This document shows, in pieces, positions 25,153 to 37,679 of a stretch of 64,000 nucleotides of DNA (positions are counted from its first letter, which is position 1; each line of letters begins with the position of its first letter). The notes below the pieces were generated by a model, which was not told where the DNA came from, ran no database searches, and saw only the letters and a program-made list of their open reading frames with translations. The stretch lies in NCBI RefSeq assembly GCF_006345805.1, contig NC_042999.1, positions 74,338,001-74,402,000 on the forward strand. Reading direction: 5' to 3'. The position numbers and the translations under genes are program-made. The DNA comes from Octopus sinensis (lineage: Eukaryota).

Positions 25153-25308
25153 CATCATTTTTCAAACAAAAGAATATCCTAAGAATACAACAAGGACGTG
25201 GCTGAAGTCTGTCGAGGCCAACTAACTAACTAGTTAGCCTCAACAGACTTCAGCTATGTCCCTGCCCTGTTGTATTCTTGGGATATTATTTTTGTTTGTA
25301 AAATTATG
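25153..25308. repeat. 155-bp imperfect palindrome
   Basis: CATCATTTTTCAAACAAAAGAATATCC...GGCTGAAGTCTGTCGAGGCCAACTA / TAGTTAGCCTCAACAGACTTCAGCTA...GGATATTATTTTTGTTTGTAAAATTATG. Confidence 0.8.
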
Positions 25309-25555
25309 TTTGAGATAGAGCTAACTCGACGGTGACTTTCAGTTCGTCATTATCCACCTTTGTTTCTGGTCGACCGCATTGCTCATTTGTGAGGTCAAAG
25401 TTATCTGAATGAAATTTTGCAAACCAATTTGATACTGTCTGCTGTGTAATAACATTAGAATGAAATACTCTATTAATATTCCAAGTTGTCTGTGATGCTG
25501 TATTTCCAAGAAAGAACTCATATTTCAAAACTGTTTGAATTTCCCTCTTATCCAT
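25304..25555 (-). pseudogene. Mariner transposase N-terminal fragment
   Basis: MDKREIQTVLKYEFFLG..ASQT..NIN..F......TV.NWF.KF..DNFDL.NE..GRP...VDNDELK is a typical mariner HTH region. Confidence 0.8.
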
Positions 25556-26038
25556 CGCTAAGCAAAAATAGCAAAAAATGATTTATAAACATTTTATAAA
25601 GCACAAAATGAGTAAGAATGAAGAAATAGATGTGTCAGCCTTCTAACAAAAAATAAAGATGGTCAAAATATAATGATGGTGTAAAATGAGCAGCTGTCAA
25701 GGTTAACCATATACCTTACAACAAATTTCATACTTGATGACCTAATAATACACCAAGGAGATTTATGATTTGTCGGAACCCTAGAGTATACCAACAATTA
25801 ACAATTCAAAGTAATGCATGCTTTGTACGAGACCCTAGGCACTAAAAATTCATAGGGTTGGCTTTCTCTGTGTGCACAACCAGAATATCCTATTTCACAC
25901 TCACCAAACATAGGCCAGAACCACAGGTTCATCCAACCTTACCTGGTGCATATCTTTTCAAGTACCTGATTCCATCTAAATCCTAATTTTACTATATATA
26001 TAATACACACACACACACACACACACAATATATATATA

Positions 26039-26080
<42 letters not shown>

Positions 26081-26302
26081 TATATTTTCAGCATGTGGAG
26101 ATTGTTTAATTGAGACATGTTTATACTTTTCTCTCTCCAATTTTTTCTCACCTCATGTATTCTTTCCACAGAAGAGCATAGGCTCAGATCATAGAAGACT
26201 TCTAATTTTCCCTGAGTATAAACCTAATGTATCCTGTTTGTTTTTTTGTTTGTTTTAACCTCAACTTTGTGTGTATTTTTGTTGTTGTTTTTTTGCACCA
26301 TA

Positions 26303-26452
26303 TAGGCACAAGCATAGCTGTGTGGTTGAAGCTTGCTTCCCAACCACATGGTTCCGGGTTCAGTCCCATTGCATAGCACCTTGGGCAAGTGTCTTCTGCT
26401 ATATCCTCAGGCCAACCAAAGCCTTGTGAGTGGATCTGGTGTGTGTGTGTGC

Positions 26453-26507
<55 letters not shown>

Positions 26508-26725
26508 TGTGTTTGTGTGTCTGTGTTTGTCTTCCCACCATCGCTTGACAACAGACATTAGTGTGTTTATGTCCCCTTAACTTAGCAGTTCAGCAAAAGA
26601 GACTGATAGAATAAGTATTAGGCTTACAAAAAATAAGCCCTGCAGTTGATTTGTTCAACTAAAGGAGGTGCTCCAGCAGGGCTGAAGTCAGATGACTGAA
26701 ACAAGTAAAAAAGTAAAAGAAAAAG
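26303..26725 (+). mobile_element. tRNA-derived SINE with internal (TG)n
   Basis: A and B boxes (TAGCTGTGTGG, GGTTCAGTCCC), CCTTGGGCAAGTGTCTTC, A-rich tail; same family as 9197-9606. Confidence 0.85.
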
Positions 26726-27060
26726 AATATATATATAGATTTATATACATATATATATACACACAACCAGGTTTATGTGGGACAGGGCAATCACTCCTTT
26801 TGCTCTCTACACCAAAAGGCCTCCCTTCCCAGCAACCTTGCATTTAGAGGTCTTCCCGCAATCTACTTCTTCAAAATCTACTGAAAGAATTTTAAAAAAA
26901 CACGTTTTCTCCACTTCAGTGACCCCAGTTACTCAACGTTAATTACGTAGTATTTCAAAAGCAGTTTAAATTCTTTGGGAAATGGAGAAAAAGAATAACA
27001 ATGAAAGCAACACAAGTCACAAAAACACAAGCTTTCTGAAAATTATTCCGTATTTCTACC

Positions 27061-27600
27061 TGTCATCATCATCATCATCATCATCATCACCATCATTTAT
27101 TCGCTTTCCATGCTGGAATGGGTAGGACAGCTTGATATGGAGCTGACTAGCAGGGAGCTTTCCAGACTCCAACTGTCTCTTGTGGTATGGTCTCTACAGC
27201 TGGATACCATTCCTACTGCACTTAACAGAATGTACTGTGTGTTATTTACATGCCACCAGCATGGGTGCATTTACTCAGCACTGGCACAAGTGCTTTTTAA
27301 ATGGTACTGACATTTGAAAGGGCAAGCTTGTATGTGTGGAAGACAGCAATTTTACTTAGTTTGATGCATCTTATCAAGTACAGCAAATCATCACATCTCC
27401 CAGTTCCTTGTGTGGTTCAGCATCTGAAGATCCTTTCTCATCACTTTGTCCCATGTCTTCCTTAGTCTACCTCTTCTAGCTCAGCACCTCTTTACACAGC
27501 TCACGTTGAATGTGCTAACTCTGAGGATGTGGAAGGTGTGCACTGAGGGGACACAGGGATTGGGGACAGCATAAAGGTAAATAGATAGAAGTGATTATCT
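27061..27600 (-). mobile_element. Internally deleted RTE derivative with a (GAT)n tail
   Basis: On the minus strand, LRVSTFNV (APE start) is joined to SCVKRC...RGRLRKTWDKV (RT C-terminus), followed by the 3' UTR and (GAT)n. Confidence 0.55.
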
Positions 27601-28339
27601 CTAGTTCCTGCTTATAAACCTCAATGACCCATCAGTTTCAGGTTTTTTGGGTTTTTTTTTACTTATGATGAAAGCTCACATGCACAAAAGTACAAGCATG
27701 AACACACATATATTGTCACACCTTAAACTTCATTATCCTGCTTGACATCAAAGTTTTTTGCATGCTAGTGTGTAGGAGAGAAGATTATGCTGGTTTGGTC
27801 ATGTGGTGTGTATGGATGTGGACAGTTGCATAAAGAAGTGCCAATCACTTAAAGTGGATGAACTCATGGAAAACATAAGACAAAGAACTAAAGGTCAGTC
27901 TCAAAACACTGAACCTTATGGAGATGACAATGGTCAAGAAGGCCCATCCACCACAGCAGAATTGATATCCTAAACTACTTGTCTGTGAAGGACTTTCCTC
28001 CTTGACCACCTACATACTCTGCTCTACCCTGTCAGCCATTTCAGTCAATATATAGATCTGCACCCGGTGGGAGAAAATGGAAATGAAAATATGTAACAGG
28101 TGTAATGCATCGTATATTAAAGGAATATGATGAAAAAAATTCCTGCTGACAGGGGGGGGGGGCTCGGAAAATTCCCACGATCAACCATACAGAATCCGAG
28201 CAGTAAACCTCAACACCCAGTCACAGGAGTGAAACAGAAATCATCTAATAATTCTAGTGCAATGTATATTCAACAAATATTGAGAAAAAAATGCGGGGGT
28301 GTGGGGAGGGTGCTCGGAAAATACAAACAATCAACCATA

Positions 28340-28650
28340 CAGAATACATTGCCCTACTCCATGACTTTTTTCTAGTTTGGCTCTTTCATACCATTCAATG
28401 AATATAGCATACTCTTCCTTCAGCCATTTGTGTCTCTTGCTGCGCACACATTTTGTGTGTAATCTGTTACTTGGTAATGACTGTCTGGAGCCAGACCACT
28501 TCCCTGTTAAGAAGGGCTCCATACATGCAGAGCAAGAAACCTCCATCATAATTTTTCTAGCTTCATTTATATCATTAACTATTTCATTATTGTTTTGCAT
28601 CATGATTCCATGGGAGTGGTTTGAGGGGTTTTCCATCCCACAAGTATTTT
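28340..28650 (-). pseudogene. N-terminal fragment of an R4/Dong-like non-LTR element
   Basis: ...KRHKWLKEEYAIFIEWYERAK... resembles the N-terminal R.KW..EE...CY motif of this clade. Confidence 0.4.
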
Positions 28651-29400
28651 TGAGATGTCATCTCTATATTATAATTATTATAATTATTATTATCATTATC
28701 ATTATCATCATTTAAGAAATTACCATCATCCCCGTTATTATTGCTCATATTTACAGGTTTCCTGTGCTGTGTATATGTTGTTGTTACTGTTGCTACTGTG
28801 GTTAATCATGTTGTTATTAATACCTTTTATTACTACTGTGATGGTCATTAACGTTGTTTTTGATGTCAGTGTTTTCTTTTGTTGTAGTGGTAGTGGTTGT
28901 GGACAGTTATTAATTGCTAGGCTAGTAATGATTCATTATAGTAGCAGTAACAATTCCTCTATGTGCCTTTCGGTGGCAAAGCCAGTAGCAGTACTTTTTC
29001 AAATGTTTCTGTGGTGATGGACATGGAGTAGTGGTGATGAAGTAGTGAGTTTTGTTGTTGTTGTTGCTGCTTCTGTTTTTGTGTGAGACTCCACTACATT
29101 TTGTAGCCAAAACAACAGGGCATTGTTGCTGTTTCTTTCTCTGTGCTATGTTCTGTAACCATCAGTCTGCTGTCACTGCAGTAGTAGACAGGTTTACATC
29201 TGACTTCCGCCTTCTCCTCAAAATTTAAGCTAGCCATTTTGAATTTTTCTATAAGTTGAGAGATAATAAACTTTGGAACAACTCTCAAGGGCCTGTTCCA
29301 AACTTTATCTTTAATATTATTATTAGTATTATTTCATTTACACACAACAGAATAAACTGTTGGAAAACATTCTTAATATCAAGCTACAACGTTTTTTTTT

Positions 29401-29636
29401 TCTTTTCTACTCTTGACACAAGGCCCGAAATTTGGGGGGAGGGCCCAGTCAATTAGATCGACCCCAAAACACAACTGGTACTTAATTTATCAACCCCGAA
29501 AGATAAAAAACAAAGTCGACTTTGCCTTTCATCCTTTCAGGGTCGATAAATTAAGTACCAGTTGCATACTGGGGTCGATCTAATTGACTGGACCCCTCCA
29601 CAAAAATTTCAGGCCTTGTACCTAGAGTAGAAAAGA
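29401..29636. repeat. Foldback made of two SINE 3' halves joined head-to-head
   Basis: Centred on AAAGTCGACTTT (29512-29523). The arms carry GGGTCGATAAATTAAGTACCAG...GGGGTCGATCTAATTGACTGG...AAATTTCAGGCCTTGT in opposite orientations. Confidence 0.8.
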
Positions 29637-29659
29637 AAGAATATCAGGCTACAACGAGT

Positions 29660-32160
29660 AGCCATAGATACCTTAGAACCTTCCTAAGTATCCTAGCCGT
29701 CCCTAATGATATTGTTTTCTCAAACTGCACAAAACTGGGTTTTCTGCCCATTTCCTCTATCTATCTGTGAAAATCTTTATAATACCTAATGCACCAATAA
29801 CTATAGGGATACATTTTACCCACATTTTCCACAGACTCTGTAACTCAATAGCTAGGTCCTGGTACTTTACTATTTTCCCTATACATTTCATATTGACTTT
29901 CTCATCATTTGGGACTGTAAAATCAATTACCTGGCACTTTCTATTCTCTTTGTCTTCTGTTACTAAATCAGGCCTTCTACCTTCCTTAACTCAGTCAGTT
30001 TGAATGTTAAAGTCCCACAACATTTTATATTTCTTACTTTCTAGTACTTTACTAGGTTCATGTTCATACCATTTAATAGTATGTTCAAATCCTAGCTTTC
30101 TATATAACTTCCAGTGGATTCATCTCCTCAAGTTGTTATGTCTTTTCTTGTATTCTTTCTGTACCAGCATACTACATTCACTTACTATATGAGTAACACT
30201 TTCCTCTTTTGATTTACATAACTTACATTGGGAATCTACCTGATTTTTGTCTATCTTAGCTCTTATTCAGTTAGTCCTCAATGCTTGATCTTGTGTTGCT
30301 ACTAACAAACTTCCTGTCTCCCTTTTCCACCCTCCTTTCTGTAACTGTAACCATGTCTTACTATTGCTATTTCCTGCAACTATATTTGGGAATCTACCAT
30401 GCAGTCAGATAATTTCCTTCTTTTTTATGGTTTTTAACTTCATTTGGCTTTTTGGCTTTCCTCTCTCTTGCTGTTTCTCTAGCAGTTCCTAATAAACTTC
30501 CTTCACTCTTACCTACATAGGAGGTAATATCTACTCTAGCTAACTCCACAGAGTCTTCTATTGATATTATACCTCTTCCTTTTCTCGGTAAATATAATCT
30601 TGCTATTTCTGCATTTGGATGAAGTCCCCCATTCATACTGAATTTCTTTTGCTAATTCAGATTTTGTCCAAGCTACAAAAGCTGCAGAAAATCTCAGTAG
30701 TGATACTGCCCAAGTATTTACAGCCTTTACTAGATTTGAGTCATTTAGATCATTTAAGTTCCTCACCTTTCCTATGTACTCCTCAATTTTATCTTTCATT
30801 TCTATAATTAGTACTCTGTAAGATTCTAAATCTCCTAGCAACTTATAACTATCTCCTTTCAGTGATTTTAATTTCTGACCTTCAGGTAATTGGATGCATT
30901 CACTACTGGTTACCTCTCTGGTTTTTATGACTAATATTGTACATTTACCTATACCTTTGCTGAAGAGGTTTACAATTTGTATTAAAGATCCTATATCTTT
31001 TTTTATTCTTACTAAAAAGCTTCCGATCAGCCATGTAGAACAAATGGTTAATTTTTCCTTTACTACCTCTAACCTGATACCATACCTTTACCTTTCATAA
31101 TGCTAATCTGAGGGGATTAAACATAACAGAAATATTAAGCAAGATAATGAGTCTCTCTGAAAAATCCCTGTCTTGATATTCATTTTCCTTAAGGCTGTAT
31201 CATCTGAGTAGAGATCTACTTTCCATTTCTTCATGCTATGGATAATTTATGCTACTATGTCATTTACAACACTGAATATTCTCAAACATTCACATGATTA
31301 TCCAAAATCCTCTTTCTTTAAGTATCTTTTCTCATGAGAAGATTTAAATCTTGTGCTTTTTAATTTGCTCAGTTTCTAAGCTTCCAATCTGCTTGGATCT
31401 TATGTTAAAGACTTCACTTTATTTCATAATTTCTTTTATAACATTTGCTCTTTTTTAGTCTTTCTTTGAAGAATATTTAATCTTCTAGTAACTTCTAACT
31501 TTCCTGCATAGATCAATAAGTTAATGTCACCTATATTTTTAGTATCTAGCCTATTGATAACATAATCTACTTTCCTAATCATATCTAGCAGCTTCCTCCT
31601 GTTAGTGCCTTTTAATGATGGTAATCTATTTCTTCTTTACTCATTGATTCCTGCAACTCATCTACAGTCTGATCTTCTTCACTTAAGTCACTGTCTTTTC
31701 TTATCAATAGCACTATTTTCCTTTAGGTTGAACTGTATCTCTAATGTTGTTGCTTGGCTTTTCTGCTGTCTAGTCTTTCTTCTCCAATTCTCTTGTGACC
31801 TCTTCCACCCCCAATTCTGTCATCCATTTTCTTCTCCTAATAGCATTGGTTTGGTTTACTAGTCACTGCTCTGTCACTTTAAACATAGTGTTATCTACCA
31901 TCTACCCATAGTGTTAACATCCGTGTTCTACAACTCCCCCTTTTAGGTTCACTTTCTAAGTAGCACTGCATCACTATCCCGTTTTCTTCACTAATCCACT
32001 TCCCCCTCCTTTATTATCTGCTGATTCTGCCTTAGGATAACAGCTGTGGTCAGTCTGCATCTGTACTGAGCCACTGCCAAGCATGAGGCTTTCCCTTAAA
32101 GGTCCAGCCTCATTTTCATTGTTACTAGCAGAGTTTCTGGGCAAACTCTTGTCTCTCATA
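29660..32160 (-). mobile_element. Decayed, internally deleted R4/Dong-like (RT plus RLE) non-LTR retrotransposon
   Basis: N-terminal MQCYLESEPKK.., AVNTWAVSLLR, GLHPNAEIARLYLPRK, C-terminal IPIVIGALG. Confidence 0.75.
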
Positions 32161-33064
32161 AACTAAGGTAAGGTAATGATCGTCACCATCATCATCACCA
32201 GAATTATTATTCGCCATCAGGTAGTTTCAAGTAACTTTATATTGCATCACTTCCTCACTTGTATACTGGATTATTTTTCCTGTTTGGAGAGTATTGTATT
32301 GCGTCAGTATGTTTTATTATAGGATTTGGTTTGAGTCTTCTGTTATATTAGTGTTTGTATTGTGTGTCGTATGGCAGTGCAGGTTGTGTTTGTCTGATGG
32401 GCTTGTATCTGCTGTATGAGTTTACTCCTGTATGTTTTGGGTGAGTGTTGCATTGTAGTCATTGTTATCTGTCCTTTTCTCTTTTTTGGTTTTGTTATTT
32501 GTTTGGATAGTTACATTAAGAGATGAGTCCATCTTCATAGCGTTAATGTTTTCACAAGACACCGCTTCTGGGCGTGTGTTGATATTTTGTTCATATAGTG
32601 AATGCCCGACAAAATTCATAATTATTACTTTCTCCTTTATTCTTTGTTCTCTATTTATAGATTTTTCACAGAACACTGATCATAGTTGTTCTTTTCCTGT
32701 TCAGAGGAATGAGATTTATCGCCTCTTTGTCTAAAGACATTTAAATACCTTGCGTTTGGTGTTTGTTATGTATGCGTTCGTGTGTGAGTTATGTAAACTT
32801 TATAATCATTATTGATGTATAAGTGAGAAACCGAGAAATCGAGAAACAGCAATGTGTGGATGTATAGAAGATTTGTAGATATAGGTAAATATGTGATTAA
32901 ACATTTACTCACAGTTTCACTGTCTTTGTTTAGAGGTATTGCAGCCCACGTGTTTACATTTTCATGCACGTTTTGTTGTGGAGGCACATCTGACAGGGGC
33001 TATATATAAGGAAAATAAGACAAGGTAGAAAATGATTTTATCATGAAATACATTTTATAACGTG

Positions 33065-33100
33065 TAGTACCGGTTTCTGTCCTTTCGACTTTTTCAACTA
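33065..33100 (-). ncRNA. Degenerate minimal hammerhead motif (old PLE terminus)
   Basis: TAG-TTGAAAA-A-GTC-GAAAG-GAC-A-GAAA-CCGGT-A-CTA; perfect palindromic stem III ACCGGT; core decayed from CTGANGA. Confidence 0.5.
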
Positions 33101-33196
33101 AGAGGAAAGCAAATGCAGATATTAATTGAGAATAAAAACAATTAAGCTGGAGAAAAAATTAAATGTGTCCATAGTCTTCAAATAGGTAGAACATTT

Positions 33197-33254
<58 letters not shown>

Positions 33255-33263
<9 letters not shown>

Positions 33264-33678
33264 TTCCTTTGTTGTCAGCTGGGCATGCTATATCTATGAT
33301 CCAGCATAGTTTGCTTTCTTTCTCAATTAAGACTATGTCTGGCTTCCTATTTTCTTTCTCATGGTTGCACTGAATCATAAAATCCCACAGGATTTTTGCA
33401 TTATCATTTTTGATGATGCCTTCGGGTTTGTGGTCTTACCAATTTTTTGCTCTGTCAAGTTCATACTTGTTGCAAAGTGTTGAATGGACAAGCCTGGTTA
33501 CATTGTCGTGGCGTCTCTTATATTCCTTCTGGGTTAGTGGCGTACATTGGCTGGTAATATGCCATACGGTTTCATCATTTTGTCCACAGATTCTACACTT
33601 ATTACTTTCTGATGTGTTGTCTACTCTGTATTTTATGTAGTTTGTTCTTAGTGCTTACTCTTGGGCAGCACAGATTAG

Positions 33679-33680
<2 letters not shown>
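33255..33680 (-). pseudogene. R4/Dong-like fragment (CCHC plus RLE) abutting (TTA)n
   Basis: CRICGQNDETVWHITSQC..EYKRRHD..ILWDFMIQC..RKPDIVLI..IIDIACP. Confidence 0.8.
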
Positions 33681-33741
<61 letters not shown>

Positions 33742-33972
33742 TAGGCGGCAAGCTGGCGGAATTGTTACCATGCCAGGCAAAATATTTAGCAGCATTTGGT
33801 TCATCCTTACGTTTTGAGTTCAAATTAAGCTGCAGTCAACTTTGTCTTTCATCCTTTCTAGGTTGATAGATTAAGCACCAGTGAAACATTGGGGTCGATA
33901 TAATCAATCAGTCCTCTTCCCCAAATTTCAGGCCTTGTGCCGTAAATAGAAGGGGTTGTTATTATTATTATT
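33742..33972 (+). mobile_element. SINE (second family) between (TTA)n arrays
   Basis: GGCGGCAAGCTGGCGGAA...GAGTTCAAAT...GGGGTCGAT...AAATTTCAGGCCTTGTGCC plus a TTA tail; homologous to 34568-34775. Confidence 0.75.
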
Positions 33973-34039
33973 ATTTCTTTTTATCTCAATTTTTGTTGGA
34001 GCTCCTGGAGTCTTGCATGCATAATGGGCTTACTGCCTG

Positions 34040-34380
34040 CAGCCTACGGTACCATGCTCTCTTTTCTTTTAAACTATCTAATACTTTCCTCACTATCCTG
34101 GTCGTGCAAAAGAGGCAAACTTTTGTTACAGTTCTACTGGGCCCTCTATTCCGATTTCCTTTATATCCTTGATACCTTCTAATACTATCCCGAATGACTC
34201 AACAATAATTGGCATTATCTTCCACTTCTTCATTTTCCATAGCCAGCCAATTTCACAATTAAGAAGGAGTATATTTAACTATTTTTTCGTTTTCCTTCTT
34301 AACTATTCGTGGGTCAAAGGAGCACACAACTTCAACTATATAGCACATGTGATGTATCTTGTCAACCACCACTAGGTCTA
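34040..34380 (-). pseudogene. RLE C-terminal fragment of another R4-like family
   Basis: VVVDKIHHMCYIVEVVCSFDPRIVKENEKIVKY fits the D..CP.D.RI..KE.EK..KY pattern. Confidence 0.5.
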
Positions 34381-34533
34381 GCCTTGCAAGACTCTGACTA
34401 TGCCACTCTCGGCGGTTTGTGTTCAGTCATCATCATCATCATCATCATCCTCCTCATCCTCCTCATCCTCCTCCTCCTCATCATCATCATCATCATCATC
34501 ATTATCATCATCATCATCATTATCATTATTATA

Positions 34534-34567
<34 letters not shown>

Positions 34568-34568
<1 letters not shown>

Positions 34569-34775
34569 GGTGGCGAGCTGGCATAATCGTTACCACGCCG
34601 GGCGAAATGTTTAGCTGTATTTCGTCTGCCGTTACGTTCTGAGTTCAAATTCCACTGAGGTTGACTTTACCTTTCATTCTTTCGGAGTCAATAAAATTAG
34701 TACCAGTTATGCACTAGGGTCGATGTAATCGACTTAATCTCTTCTCCAAAATTTGAGACCTTGTGCTTCCAGTAG
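34568..34775 (+). mobile_element. SINE (second family) inserted in (TTA)n
   Basis: GGTGGCGAGCTGGCATAATCGTTACCACGCCGGGCGAAATG...GAGTTCAAATTCC...GTAGAAAGGA-(TTA)n. Confidence 0.8.
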
Positions 34776-34790
34776 AAAGGATTATTATTA

Positions 34791-34839
<49 letters not shown>

Positions 34840-34935
34840 AAGGAGTGGAGACAGCGTGTCTCCCTGGATATTATCATTATTATTATTATTATTATTATTA
34901 CTATTATTATTATTATTATCATTATTATTATTATT

Positions 34936-36140
34936 CAATAGGCTTATTTTTATAATGTGCTTCACTTCACTACCGAGATCAGCTCTGTTTTCCTTAGGTA
35001 TGTGCTGTGGTTTGCTGTGATGGTATTATGGTTACACTATTAAAAGTGTTTTATGTAGGATGTGTGCTGTGCCTAGTAGTGCAATTTTCTGTATGTTATA
35101 TGTGTTTGTAAGTCCTGGTGTTTTTGTAATGTATTTGTCTGAATATTTTTTATCATACCTAATGCACCTACTATGATAGGAATTGTTTCTGTTTTTAGAT
35201 TACACATTCTGGTTACCTCTATTTCCAGGTTTTTGTATTTTGAAAGTTTCTCCATTTCTTTTAGAGAAACGTTGTCATCTGCTGGTATTGATACACAATT
35301 AGAAAGCATTTTTTTCTTTGTGATCTCTGATAACTATATCTGGCCTATTGGCCTAAATTTTTCTGTCTGTGTGTATTGGCATATCCCAGAGTATGGTTGC
35401 TTTCTCGTTTTCTGTGACCTTTTCTGGCGTGTGCTTATACCATCTTTTTTCTGTTGTTATTCCATAGCATTGGCATAGCTTCCAGTGTATGTAGGTCCCA
35501 ACTCTGTCGTGTCTGTGAATATATTCCTTCTTAGCCAGGACTGGGCAGCCAGAGATACTATGATGTTTTGTTTCTTGTCCATCTCCTCATATTCTGCAGT
35601 TATGCTTCTTTTTACTATATGTTTTTGGTAATTTCTGGTGGGGAGGCTTTGGTCTTGTGCTGCAATTAAAAAATCCCTTAGTCCCTGCTTTGAATCCTGA
35701 GTTTCTCAACCATTCCTGGAATTTTCTCTGTCTATTTCTTTTGCGTTTAGTTTAGCCCAGTATTTACCATGAAGGGGCTTTTCTTGCCATCGTTTTATCA
35801 AGGTCCGTTGCTGTTCTTGTTTTAGTTTGGATTTCACTTTATAGCTTTTGTTATTTCTTCTTCTTCATGTTTGTTAGTTAGTAGTATGACTTCTTGTTTT
35901 TATTTGTCAGCTTCCTTAAATACTGAAAGCAATTTTTGTTTTGCTCGTGTTTTGTGGCTATTTGAATTAGTTTTCCTTGCTTCTGAAGTAAGTATTTTTG
36001 CAGTCCTATGGTAGTTATTTTATAATAGTTTTCCAGCTGTATAAGGGCTCTATCACCTTCTATACGTTGTATATATAGTCTTTTTATGCCAGATTTTGGG
36101 TGGTGCATCCTAGATCCTGTCATTAGTTTCCAGTGTAAAA
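34936..36140 (-). mobile_element. R4/Dong-like element 3' portion (copy A)
   Basis: RMHHPKS...RLYIQRIEG, KWQEKPLHGKYW, PIIVGALG; its 3' end joins (TAA)n; same family as 42903-44322. Confidence 0.85.
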
Positions 36141-36229
36141 TTTTTACAACCTGGTGTGCCTCCATTTCTTATATTCTTCCTGTACCATTTTGGGGCATTC
36201 TGTCACAATGTGCAGCATTGTCCAACCAG

Positions 36230-36670
36230 TCATTACAAATAGATTTGTCGTAGTGTTCAACACAAAAATTTTGACTGTTAAGATTTTTTCACAAAATGTA
36301 ATATCACTTATCAATTCGCCCTTAATTTTTTGTCCTAGCACACCACAGACAATTTTCAAAGTTTCTTTTAATTTAGGTCTCCCGATTTTTTTTCCATGTA
36401 TCTGTGTTAATTATGAAGGTATCGCTGCCTGTATTTAGTTGTAACTTTACACTTCTGTTATTAATTTTTACATACACAAATTTCCTTTTAGGCTCGTTCA
36501 TATTTCTTGTCACCGATAACTTGTTTACATGATTTTTTCTGTTGAACCGTTTTTTAGGTTTTGTTTCACAGTGTGGGTTTTTATCGCCTATCTTACCACA
36601 CTTGTAACATTTTATATTTTTAAACAGAGTTACTTTTAAAATGTAGACCACCGCACCCATTACTGCCAAT
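36230..36670 (-). pseudogene. Ty3/Gypsy CCHC and protease fragment
   Basis: CYKCGKIGDKNPHC...KFVYVKINNRSVKLQLNTGSD; homologous to 18500-18830. Confidence 0.7.
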
Positions 36671-36812
36671 CACTCACTGCTCTTTATTTTATGACAATGA
36701 GTCTGTTCACCTTTAGTCTCTTAGGGGTGGTCGGAATCCATCCACAATAGTAATCAAGCCATGCTACATTCAGTTCCGTCAACAACTTCTACAATTTCTA
36801 ATGATTATTTTA

Positions 36813-37090
36813 TCAACTACAAAGTGATCTTTTGTTGCCCTTCTTTGTTTCCTGCATCCTTTCTGTTCTTCTGGATATAAGATTGTTACTTTCTAGATTG
36901 TTGTAAAACTTTTCCGCTAAGACACCGGTCATAAGCTTCCACATTAATGGTAAACAGATTATAGGTTGAAAATTTGATGCCAAGTTCCCTTTCAAGGGAT
37001 CCTTGAGGCATATTAGCGTCCATCCACTTGTCATCCAGGCAGAGAGATGACCTTGCAGCAGGCAGTCATTCAATTGCACAGTGATCCTTT
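36813..37090 (-). pseudogene. R4/Dong-like RT N-terminal fragment
   Basis: HERITVQLNDCL..G....WMTSG.T....KDPLKGNLASNFQPIICLPLMWKLMTG. Confidence 0.8.
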
Positions 37091-37159
37091 CATGCAACTG
37101 TGTTAAGTTCAGTCAATAGCCTTGTACTCCATCGGGAGTACAACATTATTATTATTATT

Positions 37160-37625
37160 GAGTGAGAGAGCAGTGACACTGGGGTAAAATATACGAAGCC
37201 CAGTATACTCATCATGACTACCCGTCTGATAAGGGTACACCAGGCACATGCATCACAACTATATCTGCATGACATGGTGATCTCCTATCAAGATAAATAG
37301 CACATGACCTTGCAGGTGGGGCCCAGTTAGAATTTTCTTCTAGTCGAGTAACCCATCCCACTCAAAAGGTCCCTGAATATGAGTTGTTTAAGGATGATGA
37401 ATGAAACACCCATGTTTCCAATGGTGAATTATCCAAACCCCAAAGAATTCCTCTCAACACATGGCTATGATGCTCCCCCACTACTTCTACTCGCGATCAG
37501 AGATGTGCATATTGTCAGCCACTAAGAGACATGGTCAACTGGTTAAGGTCAAACAACTGACAAGCAAATCTGTAGTATTGAGCAGAATATTTGCTGTAGC
37601 CCATCTTTTATACCAAGACAAAACA
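37160..37625 (+). mobile_element. Non-coding interspersed repeat flanked by (TTA)n; second partial copy at 38994-39240
   Basis: 37461-37625 matches 38994-39160 (ATGCTCCCCCACTACTTCT..GTCAAACAACTGACAAGCAAATCTGTAGTATTGAGCAG); copy 2 ends CAGGGCATTTAT(TAT)n. Confidence 0.65.
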
Positions 37626-37679
<54 letters not shown>

